Shown piece by piece: positions 25,764 to 38,363 of a stretch of 64,000 nt of DNA. Made by a program: the position numbers and the translations under genes. The notes beneath the pieces were generated by a model. The model had not been told where the DNA came from, searched no databases, and was given only the letters and a program-made list of their open reading frames with translations. This DNA comes from Guillardia theta CCMP2712 (lineage: Eukaryota; Protista; Cryptophyta). Numbering within the stretch: position 1 is the first letter of the stretch; each line of letters starts with the position of its first letter. The stretch covers positions 526,121-590,120 of the forward strand of contig NW_005434638.1 of the NCBI RefSeq assembly GCF_000315625.1, given 5' to 3'.

Positions 25764-28700
25764 TTACCCCATCGAGGGGAAGGTAGCATTGTTGGGGCTA
25801 GCTCGAAACGGATCTGAGAAGCCGTGTTCCTTGTAAGACACGTACCACCTGTTCACAGTCTGGTCAGCTGCTGCTGGAAGGAGCGAGCGTTGAGCTCTTA
25901 CCTCGCCACTTCCTTGCGGGAGAGAGTGTAGTCCTGGTCGAGATCCCAAGTCTTGAGGATCCGCAAGGAGTCGACCATTCGGCTCCCTGCAGGAACAGAG
26001 TCACAAGGGTTGAGAGGCACGAGCAGAGTCTCTGACCGAAGGAGGAATGCAGCATCGTGTGGAGCTCCGAATGGGAGAGACGGAGGTTCTGGTCCTGGTC
26101 GTACAGGTCGTACAGCTTCTGCACTTCCTTCTGCGATTCATCCACTAACAAGGACATGTCAGGAAGGCAACGAGTTAGCAAGATGCCTCGCTCTCTTACT
26201 TTCCCTCTCATGTTCATCGCGCTCCATGTATCTCTCCTCCTCTTGCTCCTCTTGCTCCTCTTGCTCCTGGGACTGCATCGATGCCCCTCCGATCGTCACT
26301 GCTTCCGCTGCTTCCCCGGAGGATTGAAAATCAAGCGCTGGAGAGGAGGATTCTGCCGCCTCCTGACGTCCACCGAGGGCAGAGTAAATTCCCTCCGCCT
26401 CGTCCTCGCTCACACAAATTTCCTCCTGCCGTCAACTTGACAGTCAGCAGCGGACGAAGCATGCGGTCATGGCTCACCGCAGGCAGTTGGGAGCTGCTAT
26501 ATCCCATGCAGCGAGCAGAAACATTCCCAGCTCGCACTGGAAGGGCCGGGGCCGCGTGCTGTTGGGCCTGCTGCATCTGCCCCAGGAGCTTCCCGATGTC
26601 CTCGAAGGAGGTGACAGGAAGCATCTGCATCGGCTGCATGCTCTGTGCCGCCACCGCCTGCCCTCCGGCCCCTGGCTGGACCTGGTTGGTACGGAACTGA
26701 AACCCTGAGATTTTGAGCTGCGGTAGAGGATGTAAGGCAACGATGTGGATGCGGGAGGAAGTGAGGAGAGGAGGATGGAAAAGAGGAGGAGGATGCCTGG
26801 GAGGAGAGAGCATGGTGGAAGCTCTCAAAAAGGGTGAGGCCGAAGAAGAGAACGGGGTGCAGCGGGGAGAAAGTTTTGATGGCGATGGAGGGTTGGGAGA
26901 GGATGGAAAGTGAGCAGAGGAAGGAGACTACTGAATAGATCAATGAAAGCATGGGATGGCAGAGGGATATGCGGGGAGTTTGGGTTTGCTTGATCCACCT
27001 GGCCTGTGTTAACGTTCCCGAGAGCTTCTTCGATTTTCTGAGCAGATAAGGAGGAGAAGGAGGAGGAGAAAAGGTTAGATAACAAACGGGAGGGAGGGGA
27101 GGGCAGTACCTGTTTCATAGCCCCTATGGTCTCCCAGATGTTTCCCATACCTCCCGCCGGCAGTTGTATCTAAATAGCAAAAAGATCACATTATCCTGAG
27201 CCTGTATAGCTGTCTCCCCCTCCTCCCTCTCCCCCTCCTCCCTCTCCTCCTCCTCCCTCTCCTCCTCCTCCTCCCTCTCCCTTCGTCTCCTCCTCCCTCC
27301 CCTCCCTCTCCTCATCCTCCTCCTCCTTGAACACTCACACCCTCTGCCCTCTGCCCTCTGTCTGCTAACCCGCACCTGGACGTTGAAGGTGTTGGTCTGA
27401 GTCCCGATGATCTCTTGCATTGCGTGCCGATCCCTCCAGGCTGGCAGCAGACCCAATCGACGTCTCTCGCGCTTCTGAAACAGATGCTGCAGGAGCGAGG
27501 TGAGGTGGCGGAGGAAGAGGAGCGCACCGACCTGCAGGCTTGTACCGACTCGCTCCTGGTCGATTGGAGTCTGGGGGAAGAGGGACAGAGTCAGAGCAAG
27601 GGGAAGGCCAGGTAGAGCAGTGGGATGAACGTGGAGAGAGCAAGGAGGAACGTGAAAGACAGGATGTTGTTCGCAGAGCACCTCGAACGTGTCTCTTGCG
27701 TTCTGAAACTCCAAGTCGAGATGGGAGTACTTGAGAGACGCTTGCAACGAGGCACAACTGACAGGCAGCAAGGAAACAGTCAGAATCCTTCACGCAGGAG
27801 CCAGGACGCTCTTCTCTCCTACCTCCCCAGCATCTGCTTCGCCTGCTGTAGCTCCTCCAGGGCCTTCACTCTCAGCGTCAGGGTCAAGTCAGGATCCCAT
27901 CGCAGCATCTCACCATGGACGCGTTGCGGTCAAGGCAGAGGGTGGGCCTTGGCAACGTGCAGTCGTAAAGGCCGTCGGTGACGTCCGATGACTCGTTTTG
28001 AACAGCATGAAGCTCCTCCTCCTTCATCGATATCGTCTGGCATGAACTCTCCCCATCCTGACTCTGCTCGTCATCTCGTCCATGCTGGTGATGGTGGTGG
28101 TGCTGCTGCTGCTGATGATGATGATCGTAAAAAGGATTCGGAAACTTTGGGAGGGAGGAAAATCCGGCAGAGGAAGTGAAACGATCGCCAGGCAATTGTT
28201 GCAGCGGGAGAGGATGCCCTTCAGTTGAGAAGACGAAGGAGCCGTTGAGAGCCCAGTGACGAGGAGTGAAGAGAAGGTAAAGATATCTGCAACAAGGGGG
28301 CATGATGTGAGGAGGCGAAGACCAGGTTGAAGGAGAATGGATGGAGGAAGGGAGCAAGGGAGAGGAGAGCAGGGAAGGAGGAGGGTAAGGAAAGAGTCAG
28401 CGAGTGAGGGAGGGAGGGAGGGAGGGAGAGATGCAGGGAGGAGGGAGGGAGGGAGGGAGGGAGGGAGGGAGGGAGGGAGGGAGGGAGGGAGCAGTACTTG
28501 AGGGTCTCGGAGAGGAAGAAGGAATCCATCTTATCTTGCAGTAAGTGAGTTTCCACATCCTCGATCGCTGCGTGACCACAAGGGACGCGCGTCTGCTCGA
28601 GGGAGGAGAGGATGTCTCGTCCCACCTGTACATAGTGGGGATCGCGCGTAGCCTGGTAGAGGTACATGGTGCTCTCGATGAGCTCAGGACGAAGAGGATA

Positions 28701-30655
28701 TGACCTGGACGGGAAGCAGGAGGAGGAGGAGGTGAAGCAGGAGGAGGAGGAGGAGGTGAAGCAGGAGGAGGAGGAGGGAGAGTGGCAGGAGGAGGCAGGA
28801 GAGGACATGGAGGAGGAGACAGGTTTGGCAACAGGATGAGGAGAGGGGAGAAGAAGGGGAGGGAAGAAGAAGGGACAGTCATTCTCTCATTCAACTTCGT
28901 GGCATGGTAGCAGCTACCTCTGTCCTTGTTGTACCCGTCCATCGGCCAGGTTGTAACCTTCAGGAGTGTATCCATACCTGAGAACAGAAGAACATTATCT
29001 CCTCTTCCTTGTAGTTTCCCAGTCTTCCTTTCTGCCTCCCCATCTTCCACCCTTAGATACCCTCCCCTCCCCTCCCTCTCCCCTCCCTCTCCCCCTTCCT
29101 CTCCCCCTTCCTCTCTTCTCCCTCTCCCCTCCCTCTCCCCTCCCTCTCCCCTCCCTCTCCCCCTCCCTCCTTCTTGCTGTTCTGAGTTTCTCATTCACCT
29201 CCTCCATACACCATAAAAAGCTGAATGCGTCTCGCTCGCGTCCTTCAAGTTGCCAGCAATGACCTGCTCACGTCAATCAGCACGAACTTTCATTTTCACC
29301 CGCCGCCAACCCCCTCGTCCTCTTGTTCTCCTCGCTACCCTTCCCTTCCCCTCCCTGCTCATGCTACGCACCACGTCCTCCTCCCTTTCAACTCCGCGTC
29401 CCCGCTCCCTCTCCTCCCACACACCTCGATGGCCGGCCAGAACGACTGCAGGCTGTTGTAGATTGGCCACACGAGCTGTGCCGACTCCATGTTCACGTCC
29501 ACGTACCATGGCGACTTCGCCAGGAGCGCCTTGGCGGAATGGTACGCCTGCTGGAAGAGGAACAGAAACTCGTCCTCCCCGTAGAGGATGTAGCTCTTGA
29601 TCAAGTACTCGTAGAAAGAGTCGATTGACGTTCCCACCCCGCTGTCCTTGTGCGTCCACTGCCCCGTCATGATGTCAAGATGCGCTCCGATCAAACCCAT
29701 GCTCGATCTCCTTGACCACAGGGCTAGCAGGGACCTCTTTGCCACCCGCTCAAACTCCCCGCGTCCTGACAGCCTTGACAGCATGCCGAACTCCAGCATG
29801 AGAGTCCCAGCGCATGCTGAGGACGTGATGGTCGTCTCCCCCACGGCAACCCCGCTGCAGGACACGTCAGACGCTGGAGGTGCCCGAGCAGGAGGGAGAG
29901 AGGGAGGGAGGGAGGGAGGGAGGGAGGGAGGGAGGGAGGGAGGGCAAGGACACATATTCAGCGCATGAGTTAGGTGAGAGGAGCGTTGAGGGCTGGTACA
30001 GGCACGTTCATCCTGCCCCTCCTCACCTTCTGAGGTTGATGGTACCGTAAGGAATGCCCGTCGGAGTGTCAAAGGCGGGGAGGAGGCGTTCCCCGAGCTC
30101 GAGAGCCTTCTTGAGCAGGAAGCCGTCGTAGTCGTCCATGAGCTTCAGCTTCGGATCTCGAGCGAGGAGGTGAGAGGAAAGAAGTCCGCCGAGCACGCGG
30201 ATGTTTGTTTCGAAGACAGACACCTGAACGTCCTTGTCGAAGGAGAGATGCTTCTTCAGCAGCCCCACCGCTCTCGCAAACTCCGTCCTGTTCCCGAGCA
30301 CAGCCAGCATGTCTAAAGAATCCACGAGCGTGAGCGCGTAGGAGCCGAAGTTGTCGATGAAGCTGCAGGAGAGCGGGAGAAGCTCGTCATGCGGGAAGGC
30401 ATGCATTATGTAGTTGTCGTATGCATGGTAGAACATCCTCTTCACTCTCTTCCGCAACTGATCCAGCTCCTGCTCGCTTCCGGGAGGAGCAGCAGCCGGA
30501 GTGAACGAATCCTTCAGGTCTCTCAACAACTTGGCGAGAGGGTCCGGTCGAGTCTCATGAACGTCCTTCCTGTCATGGAGATTCCTTCCCGCTCCCGCTA
30601 GGTTAAGGAGGAGGAGGAAGGCGAGGAAGGAGAGGGGATGCCTAGCAACTCGCAT
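25764..30655 (-). CDS. GH47 alpha-1,2-mannosidase, EDEM-like, apparently with a long C-terminal extension ending in an EF-hand pair
   Basis: signal peptide; MFYHAYDNYIMHAFPHDEL, VSVFETNIRVLGGLLSSH, AFDTPTGIPY, IDSFYEYL, YPLRPELIES, DKMDSFFLSETLKYLYLLF, FSTEGHP. The GH47 core (28200-30655) is secure; the link to the distal exons is by manual splicing. Confidence 0.85.
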
Positions 30656-30887
30656 GTCCGTCCTCAGTCACTTGTGACTGTTCATGCAGCTGGATGCAGT
30701 TCATAGAAGCCAGACATGCCCTGGCATGAGGCGTTGAGGAGGTGAAGAACGAGACGCACACTTCCGAGGGGGGGAGGTCGATGCAGGTTTGGAAGGACTC
30801 GTTCTTCTAGCTGTCTCTGACAAGTGGGAGAGGAGAGGTGGCAACAGGGAGGCGGGTGGGTAGATGGAGGTGGAGAGGAGGAAGAGA

Positions 30888-31056
30888 GGCCCCACCAACA
30901 TACACATGGGCGACCTCTGGCTTCTGGACTTCACGATCGCTCTCGCATGGGTCTTGCCGTCCTCTTCGCAGGGGCCTTGCGCTACTGCTCTTTGTCCTGA
31001 TCCTTGTTCCCCTGCTTGTCTTGCCTGCCGTCGCTTGCGTGGTTGAGTAGCGGTTT
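30888..31056 (+). mobile_element. internally deleted copy of the neighbouring non-LTR element 3' region
   Basis: near-identical to 32203-32251 joined directly to 32582-32701. Confidence 0.85.
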
Positions 31057-31591
31057 GACTAAAACATTTGTACCAGGAGCTAATCCTAATCATGATTGAC
31101 AAGATTTAGCAACACAAATGGATACCGCCTTCTCATGGAGTCCAGCAAGGCAAGCTTCATATTCATCCTGGATTCGTGAAAGAACCGTGTCTGACACCCT
31201 CACAACGGATCTGAGTAGAAGCAGTTGAGCTGAGGTGTGTGGATGAAGTTTAGCAACAGATATTCAGTACATGTGATGGTGACCGGGTTTAATGTGCATC
31301 TTAACTTTGTTCATGTGTTCATTGTAATTAGAACATGAGTAATGTAATTGCAACACCTCATGTGCATAAAGCTGTTCTCCATCCTGCTTGTACTTGCTTG
31401 CAACATCAACTACAACAGCATAAGCTAACATCTCACACACCTTGCAAGCGCTCGTTCTGCGCAAGCATTTCAGGTTCACTGCTAATCCAACACTTCCAAA
31501 AATGAATTAAAAAGAGAATAAAACTTTAAAAGATAAGGTCATGGTACAAATTATTGACTGATTTTAGAAGGAAACTTGATACCGCAGTATA

Positions 31592-32810
31592 TTGACCCCA
31601 GTGACCTGGATGACGCACGCCTGCACAATTCGATCCCATCTCCAGCGCTCTTTCAACTCGCGGGCGGACCTCCATTCCTTCCCCCCCAAGCGCTCAGTCA
31701 CTGGACGGTTGATGCAGACTTTTCCCCCTCATCTTGAGCGGCGGGCGCATCTATCCCAAGTTCAGGCAGCCCTTCTCCGGGCTCATAGCAGCTACACTGT
31801 GGAGCTCTATCCCCCCGAGTCCGCAAGTCCGCCTTCTAGTCCATTCCCCCTGGAGCCCTCCTTCGCAAGACCCAGAGCCCCCAGCGGCGATTGCAGGAGG
31901 CCACGAACAGTCATCCTTCCAACCAGTGTCCCATCCACCTCGCACGAGGAGTCGATCGCTTCCTCCATGGCCTACCTCCGGCTCGGCTGCCTCCCACCTG
32001 TGATCGTTGTGCTACAGCTCTCGACCCCTCGGCGGGAAGCAGTGTCTCGCATTTGGCCAATTGTCGTCATCGCGCAGCTCTATGGACCACCGCACATGAG
32101 CAGTGTACTGTGGTTCTTCGCGACATTTGTGTGGAAGCGGGCATTGTCACCAAGCTCCATCAACAGGGACTGCGACAAACCCGGACCCACGTCCCTCAGC
32201 ACGGCCCCACCAACAGACACATGGGCGACCTCTGGCTTCTGGACTTCACGACACCTGGAATGGGCTGGTTCTGGACTTCACGATGACACACCCCTACAAC
32301 AGCAGCGGCAGCCCCGTCGGACTTTCTGCGCTCTCCGGCCCCGCCCAACAGAAGATTTCGGATCATCGCGCCAGTTATGGCACCCATCACCCGCCGAAGG
32401 CCTTTCTTCCCTTCACTGCAGGTACGGATGGTCTTCTTCATGCTGACGCTTTGCGGTTTCTCTGGTACCTGGCGAATCACCATGGAGCTACGCTGACAGC
32501 GGAGTGGGATGGATGCGCTCAGGAGGCGGTGTATGGGGACCCTGGCTTTCATCGTTTGCGTGCTCGCCTGTTTCGGCAGACCGCTCTCGTATGGGTCTTG
32601 CCGTCCTCCTCGCAGGGGCCTTGCGCTACTGCTCTTTGTCCTGATCCTTGTTCCCATGCTTGTCGTGCATGCCGTCGCTTGCGTGGTTGGAGTAGCGGTT
32701 TTTGCTGCCTTTTTCGTTTTCTAGTCTTTTATTGAGGCGGGTTTGCAGGCTTTATCCTCCCCCTCCTTTTGTTTGCTCCGGTTTGCCCTTCTTTTTCAGT
32801 CAATCATAAA
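31592..32810 (+). mobile_element. 5'-truncated, frameshifted non-LTR retrotransposon of RLE type (CRE/R2-like)
   Basis: CDRC-x13-HLANC zinc knuckle, RHMGDLWL..GLVLDFTMTHP PD-(D/E)xK nuclease and FLPFTAGTDGLLHADALRFL, spread over different frames. Confidence 0.8.
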
Positions 32811-33017
32811 TATAGAGTTTTCGCATGAATGCAGAGGGAGGGAGGGAGGGAGGGAGGGAGGGAGGGAGGGAGGGAGGGAGGGAGGGAGGGAGGGTAGGGG
32901 GGGGGGGGGGAAGGGGGGGATGGATTGAATGATCGGGAGAAGCTATGCAGATTGAGCAGAGAAGATCTTTGCATGTACATGTTGTAAGAACGGAACCCAC
33001 CATTTACTTTTTTGCAG

Positions 33018-36000
33018 ATGCAAGTGCTTGGATGTTTGCGGGGAAGCGGTCGGTTGACTCGCTGCCTTGTGCATCAATACCGTTCACAAATCTTGTATGA
33101 ACCTTCCTTGCGGTCATCTGCACACTGCAAGCTTCTCAACCTTTGGGGAAAAAACATCTCATCAGATAACCAATGGATTAATTTGCAGAGACTGGATCAA
33201 GAGTACGTTGAAGCTAGAAAGGCGTTGAGAGACATTCGGAGAAAGGGGACTCGCGAAGAAATAGTGGTGGCCGAACGCGAGGTAGCTGAGATGAGGCTTG
33301 ATGCAGCCAGGGCCAGGGGGAACCCGGTCGAGATAGCAGGGGCGGAGCAGGACCTGGCCCAGGCGAGGCTTGATGCAGCCAGGGCCAGGGGGAACCCGGT
33401 CGAGATAGCAGGGGCGGAGCAGGACCTGGCCCAGGCAAAAGCCGCGACAGTAGAAGGAATGGCCCAGGCGAGGCTTGATGCAGCCAGGGCCAGGGGGGAC
33501 CCGGTCGAGATAGCAGGGGCGGAGCAGGACCTGGCCCAGGCAAAAGCCGCGACAGTAGAAGGAATGGCCCAGGCGAGGCTTGATGCAGCCAGGGCCAGGG
33601 GGAACCCGGTCGAGATAGCAGGGGCGGAGCAGGACCTGGCCCAGGCGAGGCTTGATGCAGCCAGGGCCAAGGGGAACGCGGTCGAGATAGCAGGGGCGGA
33701 GCAGGACCTGGCCCAGGCGAGGCTTGATGCAGCCAGGGCCAAGGGGGACCCGGTCGAGATAGCAGGGGCGGAGCAGGACCTGGCCCAGGCAAAAGCCGCG
33801 ACAGTAGAAGGAATGGCCCAGGCGAGGCTTGATGCAGCCAGGGCCAGGGGGAACCCGGTCGAGATAGCAGGGGCGGAGCAGGGACTCACTCAAGCACAAG
33901 ATCGAAGCCGAATTCTCCGGGCAAGCATTTCTCCTATATTTGCTTTTGAAGGCAATTACTTGGATGGAGTGTAGATGCACGGCTGATGGCTGTTTACAGG
34001 TTTACGTGCTCTTGCCAAGAAAAGTATGAAGGACCGTGCAGTTACAAATCTGAAGGAGTTCCTGCGCAATCGGCTGAGCGCAGAACAACATTTGGAGTCC
34101 GGCAATCGAACACCGACCGAGGTTTTCAGCTCATTGAATCCGATTGACAGAGTGGTGAGTATGAGTAAGACCAAGGATGAGGGTCCTTACACCTGCTTGT
34201 TGGAGGCGTGTTCAGGAAGTGGAAAATCCATGTGTGCTGCGGATTATTTTGTTCGCAACCCTGATACATGTTTGTACTTCTTGTTTGGCCACAAACATAC
34301 ACAGCTCATCTACCAGGAGGTGTCCGAGATAACAAATCTTATCAACCGTGCTTTGGACATTGACTTGTGGAATTGTATTGGGGAGTATACCTCGAACCAG
34401 GGGGAGGCTGCCGCGCTTGTTGCTATCAACATCAGTATGAAGCGAAGTCAAGGGTGGCATGTACTCGGAGTGCTGGGGTTTCTTCTGAATCAGACAGAGG
34501 AGGTTAAACCTGTCACTGTCGAACAAGCGAAGAGCTGGCAGCGGAATCTGTGGGTTTTATTAGACGAGGCCATCCCCTCACATAGAGAAGAGTGTCACAT
34601 CCTATATCCAATCGGCAGGTTGGTACTGTTGAAGCGAATCTTGCGGAATGCCAGGATACATTGTATGATGCTGGGAACGAATACTCTAATCATGAACTTT
34701 AACGACGCAGCTCAAAGATCGCCAGACAGTCGGGATGGTGAAGAGAAGCTACTCTGCGTCACACATCGAGCTCTTCCTCCTATCATTCCTCCATCGCATG
34801 ATCACTTGGCATGCCTCGAAAGGATCTTTGGGGAGAAAGAAGCCTCTGTTTTGCTGGATAATGTGAATCCATGGCTTTGCAGATTGTTCATGGTTGAAGC
34901 CATGGCAAAAGCAACTGAAAGCTATGAACCTGCCCATGCTCTACGTAAGTTTGCTTCTCCAATATTGGAGACGGTCAAGGCGGTAAAAAGTAGCTTCAGC
35001 AAAGCTTCTTTATACTGTATGTTTCAGATTGCAGCCCACGAATCTTTATCTCAGGTGCACCTGTCGACGAGCTTTGCCTTGCTAAATATTTGGCCGGGCA
35101 ACCCACCAACAAGAGGGGATGATAGCTGCATAGTAACACTGGCAAGAGAAGCATCAAACCCAGACAAGATTACTTTGAAATCTACATCACTTTATGAGAT
35201 AACGACCAGATTTGCACCAGCTCATGTTGACCCATTGACTCCGGCCATATGTGCAGGCAATGGACGGCCTTTTGGAGAGGACAAATCTGCGCTGTTAGTC
35301 TTACAGGAGATCTATAAGCAGCAGTCTTTTAAGAATGACTCAACAGCCGTGGATGCGTGGAAGCGAGATGGTGGTACGTTGGAGTCTTTTGGAGGAGTGG
35401 TCATGATGATCAGCAGTTGGTCTGAGCCTCAAGACATTCTCAAGAACATTGCTTTTCATTGTGGCAGCAAAACGGAGACGAGAAGTGTGAATGAAATCCT
35501 TGAGACGATTGCGGTCGGGAATCAATTCGAAGATTTCTTTGAGATTTTAACGTCCTGCATCCAAAATCTGCTTCCGTTTTCAGCTACAAGTTCAGGAAAA
35601 GGAAGTGCGGCTTATGGGTACTATACGCGTGCGACAGACCAGAACCAGGTTGACGCAAAGTTTCAAGGACCTGCTCATGAGACGAGAAAGAGAATGATTG
35701 GAAGGGCAGAATTCAAGAATAGGAGCACTGCTGTACCTACATCGGAGTGCCGTAACATTGTTGGCAAGCTGCTTACCCCTGAGGTCGATCTTGCTTTGTT
35801 CATGATGTCCGAGATGAAGCAAGGGAGCATTGAACAGATCGTGCAGGAGTGTAATACCGGGACAGAGGTGTTGATTTTACATCTCAGAGATAATAGTCAC
35901 TGGCGAGCTTGTATTGTTGACCAGCGCAAGGATGAAAGAGAGGCCGAAATCAGGGGTCATAGGAAAGTTTTGATGATAGTGGAAGTAGGTCTGACGACCG

Positions 36001-36056
36001 AACCGTTTTGCAGTCCTATAGCAAAGACTCCTTGGACACAGAAGGAGAGTGACTGA
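33018..36056 (+). CDS. Crinkler/CR-effector-like protein: N-terminal helical tandem repeats + P-loop NTPase + PD-(D/E)xK-like nuclease
   Basis: two same-frame ORFs joined by a predicted 48-nt GC-AG intron (33952-33999); ACSGSGKS Walker A, VLLDEA Walker B, QVDAKF..GRAEFKNR. Confidence 0.7.
33291..33893 (+). repeat. coding tandem array of 7 x 72-bp and 3 x 33-bp units (AABABAAABA)
   Basis: ARLDAARARGNPVEIAGAEQDLAQ and AKAATVEGMAQ units, almost identical at DNA level. Confidence 0.95.
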
Positions 36057-36339
36057 CATGGTACATTGATTAAAACTGACTATGATACTCTGAGATGTAA
36101 TGAGGAGGGGAGAAGGCCTTGAAGAGGGGAGGGGAGGAGGGAGAAGGGAAGGGAGGAGGGAGGAGGGATGTGAAATAGGGTTTTACCTGCTCTTCTCTCA
36201 GGTAGCAGACTGGAGAAGTCTTGGCGAAGTCGCCCAACCACCGTGACATCAGATAACCAAGGGAAGAGCCTGGACTAAACTCTACTGAGTCACGTATTGT
36301 GACTAGCCCGGCCGTTCCGAGGGCCCAGGCTAGTATGAT

Positions 36340-37011
36340 TATTATTCAACGGTTGTGACTCCCAAGGTTTTTTCCCCTTCATGGGTCCATTTACCCTCCG
36401 ACCAGCATGCAGCGAGTGTTGCCTTCATCAAGCTCGAATGTGCGGACCTGCGGAGCTTCTCGGTCGAGACGGCGGGAGTGGTGGTAGGCGGCATACCTTT
36501 GGGCTCTAGAGACTTCATCAGAAACTGGCTTCAGGAAAAGCTTGCTGCTCTTGACGATGACCTCCACAAGCTGGGATCGCTGAGTACCTTACATCCCTTT
36601 GCCTGCAAACACCTTATTCGAGCTACTCACATCCCAACCTTGCAGTATTTCTTACGGGGCATCGATCCTGAGCTCGTGACTGATGCATGCGCTGCTTTCG
36701 ACCAGAGTGTTCTCCTGGAGCTGGGCAAGGCTTTTGATTGGCCATTGCCTGACAGAGGCTCGGACGTTGACTTCGGTCTGGCCAGCTCTTCATTCTTGTC
36801 TCCCCTGGAGTTTGCCTTCTTCAAGCGTCAGCTTCCGTACCAGGAGGGGGGGGATGGGTTCACACCTCAAGCGGGGGTCAGTTTATCAGCCTATTACAGC
36901 GCCACGGCCAGCTTCTTACAATGGAGCGCTACCCTACCCTGTGTGCAGACCTGGACATTCTCCACCCCTCCCCTGTTCTCTCGCCTGGATGGTACCCTTG
37001 TTAGGGATTGA
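36340..37011 (+). mobile_element. non-LTR retrotransposon fragment (RT thumb/post-RT region, CRE-like)
   Basis: GVVVGGIPLGSRDFI, LQYFLRG, AFDQSV, QLPYQEGGDGF, SAYYSA motifs typical of RLE-type LINE ORFs. Confidence 0.7.
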
Positions 37012-37308
37012 CAATCCTGATGATGTGCTTCGACTTTGTGAATTTGAACCGTTAACAAGCAAACAGGAACCTCAACACAACCGCGCTCACTGAACGTATA
37101 GAAAGTTCGGATCCATTTTATTCGACCAAAACCTACCAAACCAACCAGACCGACCGGATAAGACAGCTCAGCGGCTAGTTGACTGAAGTATTCGTATCCG
37201 CTTACGTAACCCCTAACATACGCTCCCAAGCGCATTATCATCTGAGAAACATCTCTATGAACTTCGCTGATCATTAAGATACTGCATAACAAGAAAACGG
37301 CAGCCACC

Positions 37309-38307
37309 TCAAGTCATTTCAATTGAGTAGCGCAGAGTGCACTTTGAATGCTGAGAATCTTCGTCGGTATCCTCCGCTGACTCATCGTCGTACGAAACCA
37401 CATGATGCCTTGACCTGTCATTCCCATACGCATCGGTCGTCAAATCCATGGACTTAGCCTCTCGATACAATTCTGGCAACAAACTCCCAATACTCAAAGT
37501 CTTGTTCACATTTTGCCTCTCCAAGTCACTCAACAACTTCATGACGAAACTCGCGGTCACCTCATTGAACAAATTCTGTGCGAAATACCGTTCAAGACCA
37601 AACCTTGTGCAAGCTGTCTCGACTTGCCCTTGTCCATGATATAACAGCATGCAACAAGCAATAAAATGATTTGCTAAAGCTGAAAACCTGTTGACAAAAT
37701 CCGAAGTCTTTTCCTCTGACCCTTGTATGGTACTTTGAATCTCACCCAAAATATACTGCGAGTGCGACAACGACAAACACTCCTTCACCAGCAACGATTT
37801 GAATGATTCCCAAGTACCTTGTGTGGAAATTAATCTATCCTCGCCACGCAATGTTTGCAACCAATTCCTCACACGATTACCCTCTAATGTTGCAGCAATG
37901 TCAACCTTTTGATCTGGAGGAATTCTTTGACGCTGGAATTGAAACTCAAGCTCCCCAAACCAACTTGCAACGAAATATTCTAGAGTCACTTCTCCATCAA
38001 ATCGAGAAATATCCTTGGAATGAAATTTCACTAGGGAAGACTGCTGCTTTACATGCTGACTTGACATGTCGTTCGACATGCTCGTATTATTTTGCTTGCA
38101 TATTGCATCAGCCCCTCCTGGTTCCTTGATCGGAAGGTATTGAACTGCTCCTGATTCATTTAATCTGAACCGTTGCATCATTTCCTCGAACATTTTTTTA
38201 TTTTCTTCCCTAAGAACAGAGATTTCCTGTTTTGTCTCAACGAGCTCTCTTTCCTTACGAAACATCACTTCCTTGACGAAAGCTTCATACTTTACTTGCA
38301 TGTCCAT
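37309..38307 (-). CDS. solo Ty3/gypsy-type Gag (capsid)-like protein with N-terminal coiled coil
   Basis: ISRFDG..WFGELEFQF..KVDIAATLEGNRVRNW..TWESFKSLL..QGSEEKTSDFVNRF matches the retrotransposon gag pattern; no pol or LTR seen. Confidence 0.7.
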   Translation of the reverse strand: MDMQVKYEAFVKEVMFRKERELVETKQEISVLREENKKMFEEMMQRFRLNESGAVQYLPIKEPGGADAICKQNNTSMSNDMSSQHVKQQSSLVKFHSKDISRFDGEVTLEYFVASWFGELEFQFQRQRIPPDQKVDIAATLEGNRVRNWLQTLRGEDRLISTQGTWESFKSLLVKECLSLSHSQYILGEIQSTIQGSEEKTSDFVNRFSALANHFIACCMLLYHGQGQVETACTRFGLERYFAQNLFNEVTASFVMKLLSDLERQNVNKTLSIGSLLPELYREAKSMDLTTDAYGNDRSRHHVVSYDDESAEDTDEDSQHSKCTLRYSIEMT

Positions 38308-38363
38308 TGCGAGTTGCAATTCTTCTCGCAACCGTTCTTGTTTGCAGGAAGATTCTTGGCGCA

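Noticed and set aside
31553-32804. Imperfect inverted match ATTGACTGA..AGAAGG at both ends of the LINE fragment
   Set aside because: Short, AT-rich and gapped, with no TSD; insufficient to call TIRs.
33291-33893. Repeat/spacer-like pattern as a possible CRISPR
   Set aside because: The 33-bp inserts are identical to each other and both units are multiples of 3 within an ORF; a coding repeat.
31592-37011. One LINE split by insertion of the Crinkler-like gene
   Set aside because: Order is wrong: the nuclease (3') part lies upstream of the RT-thumb part on the same strand, so these are separate fragments.
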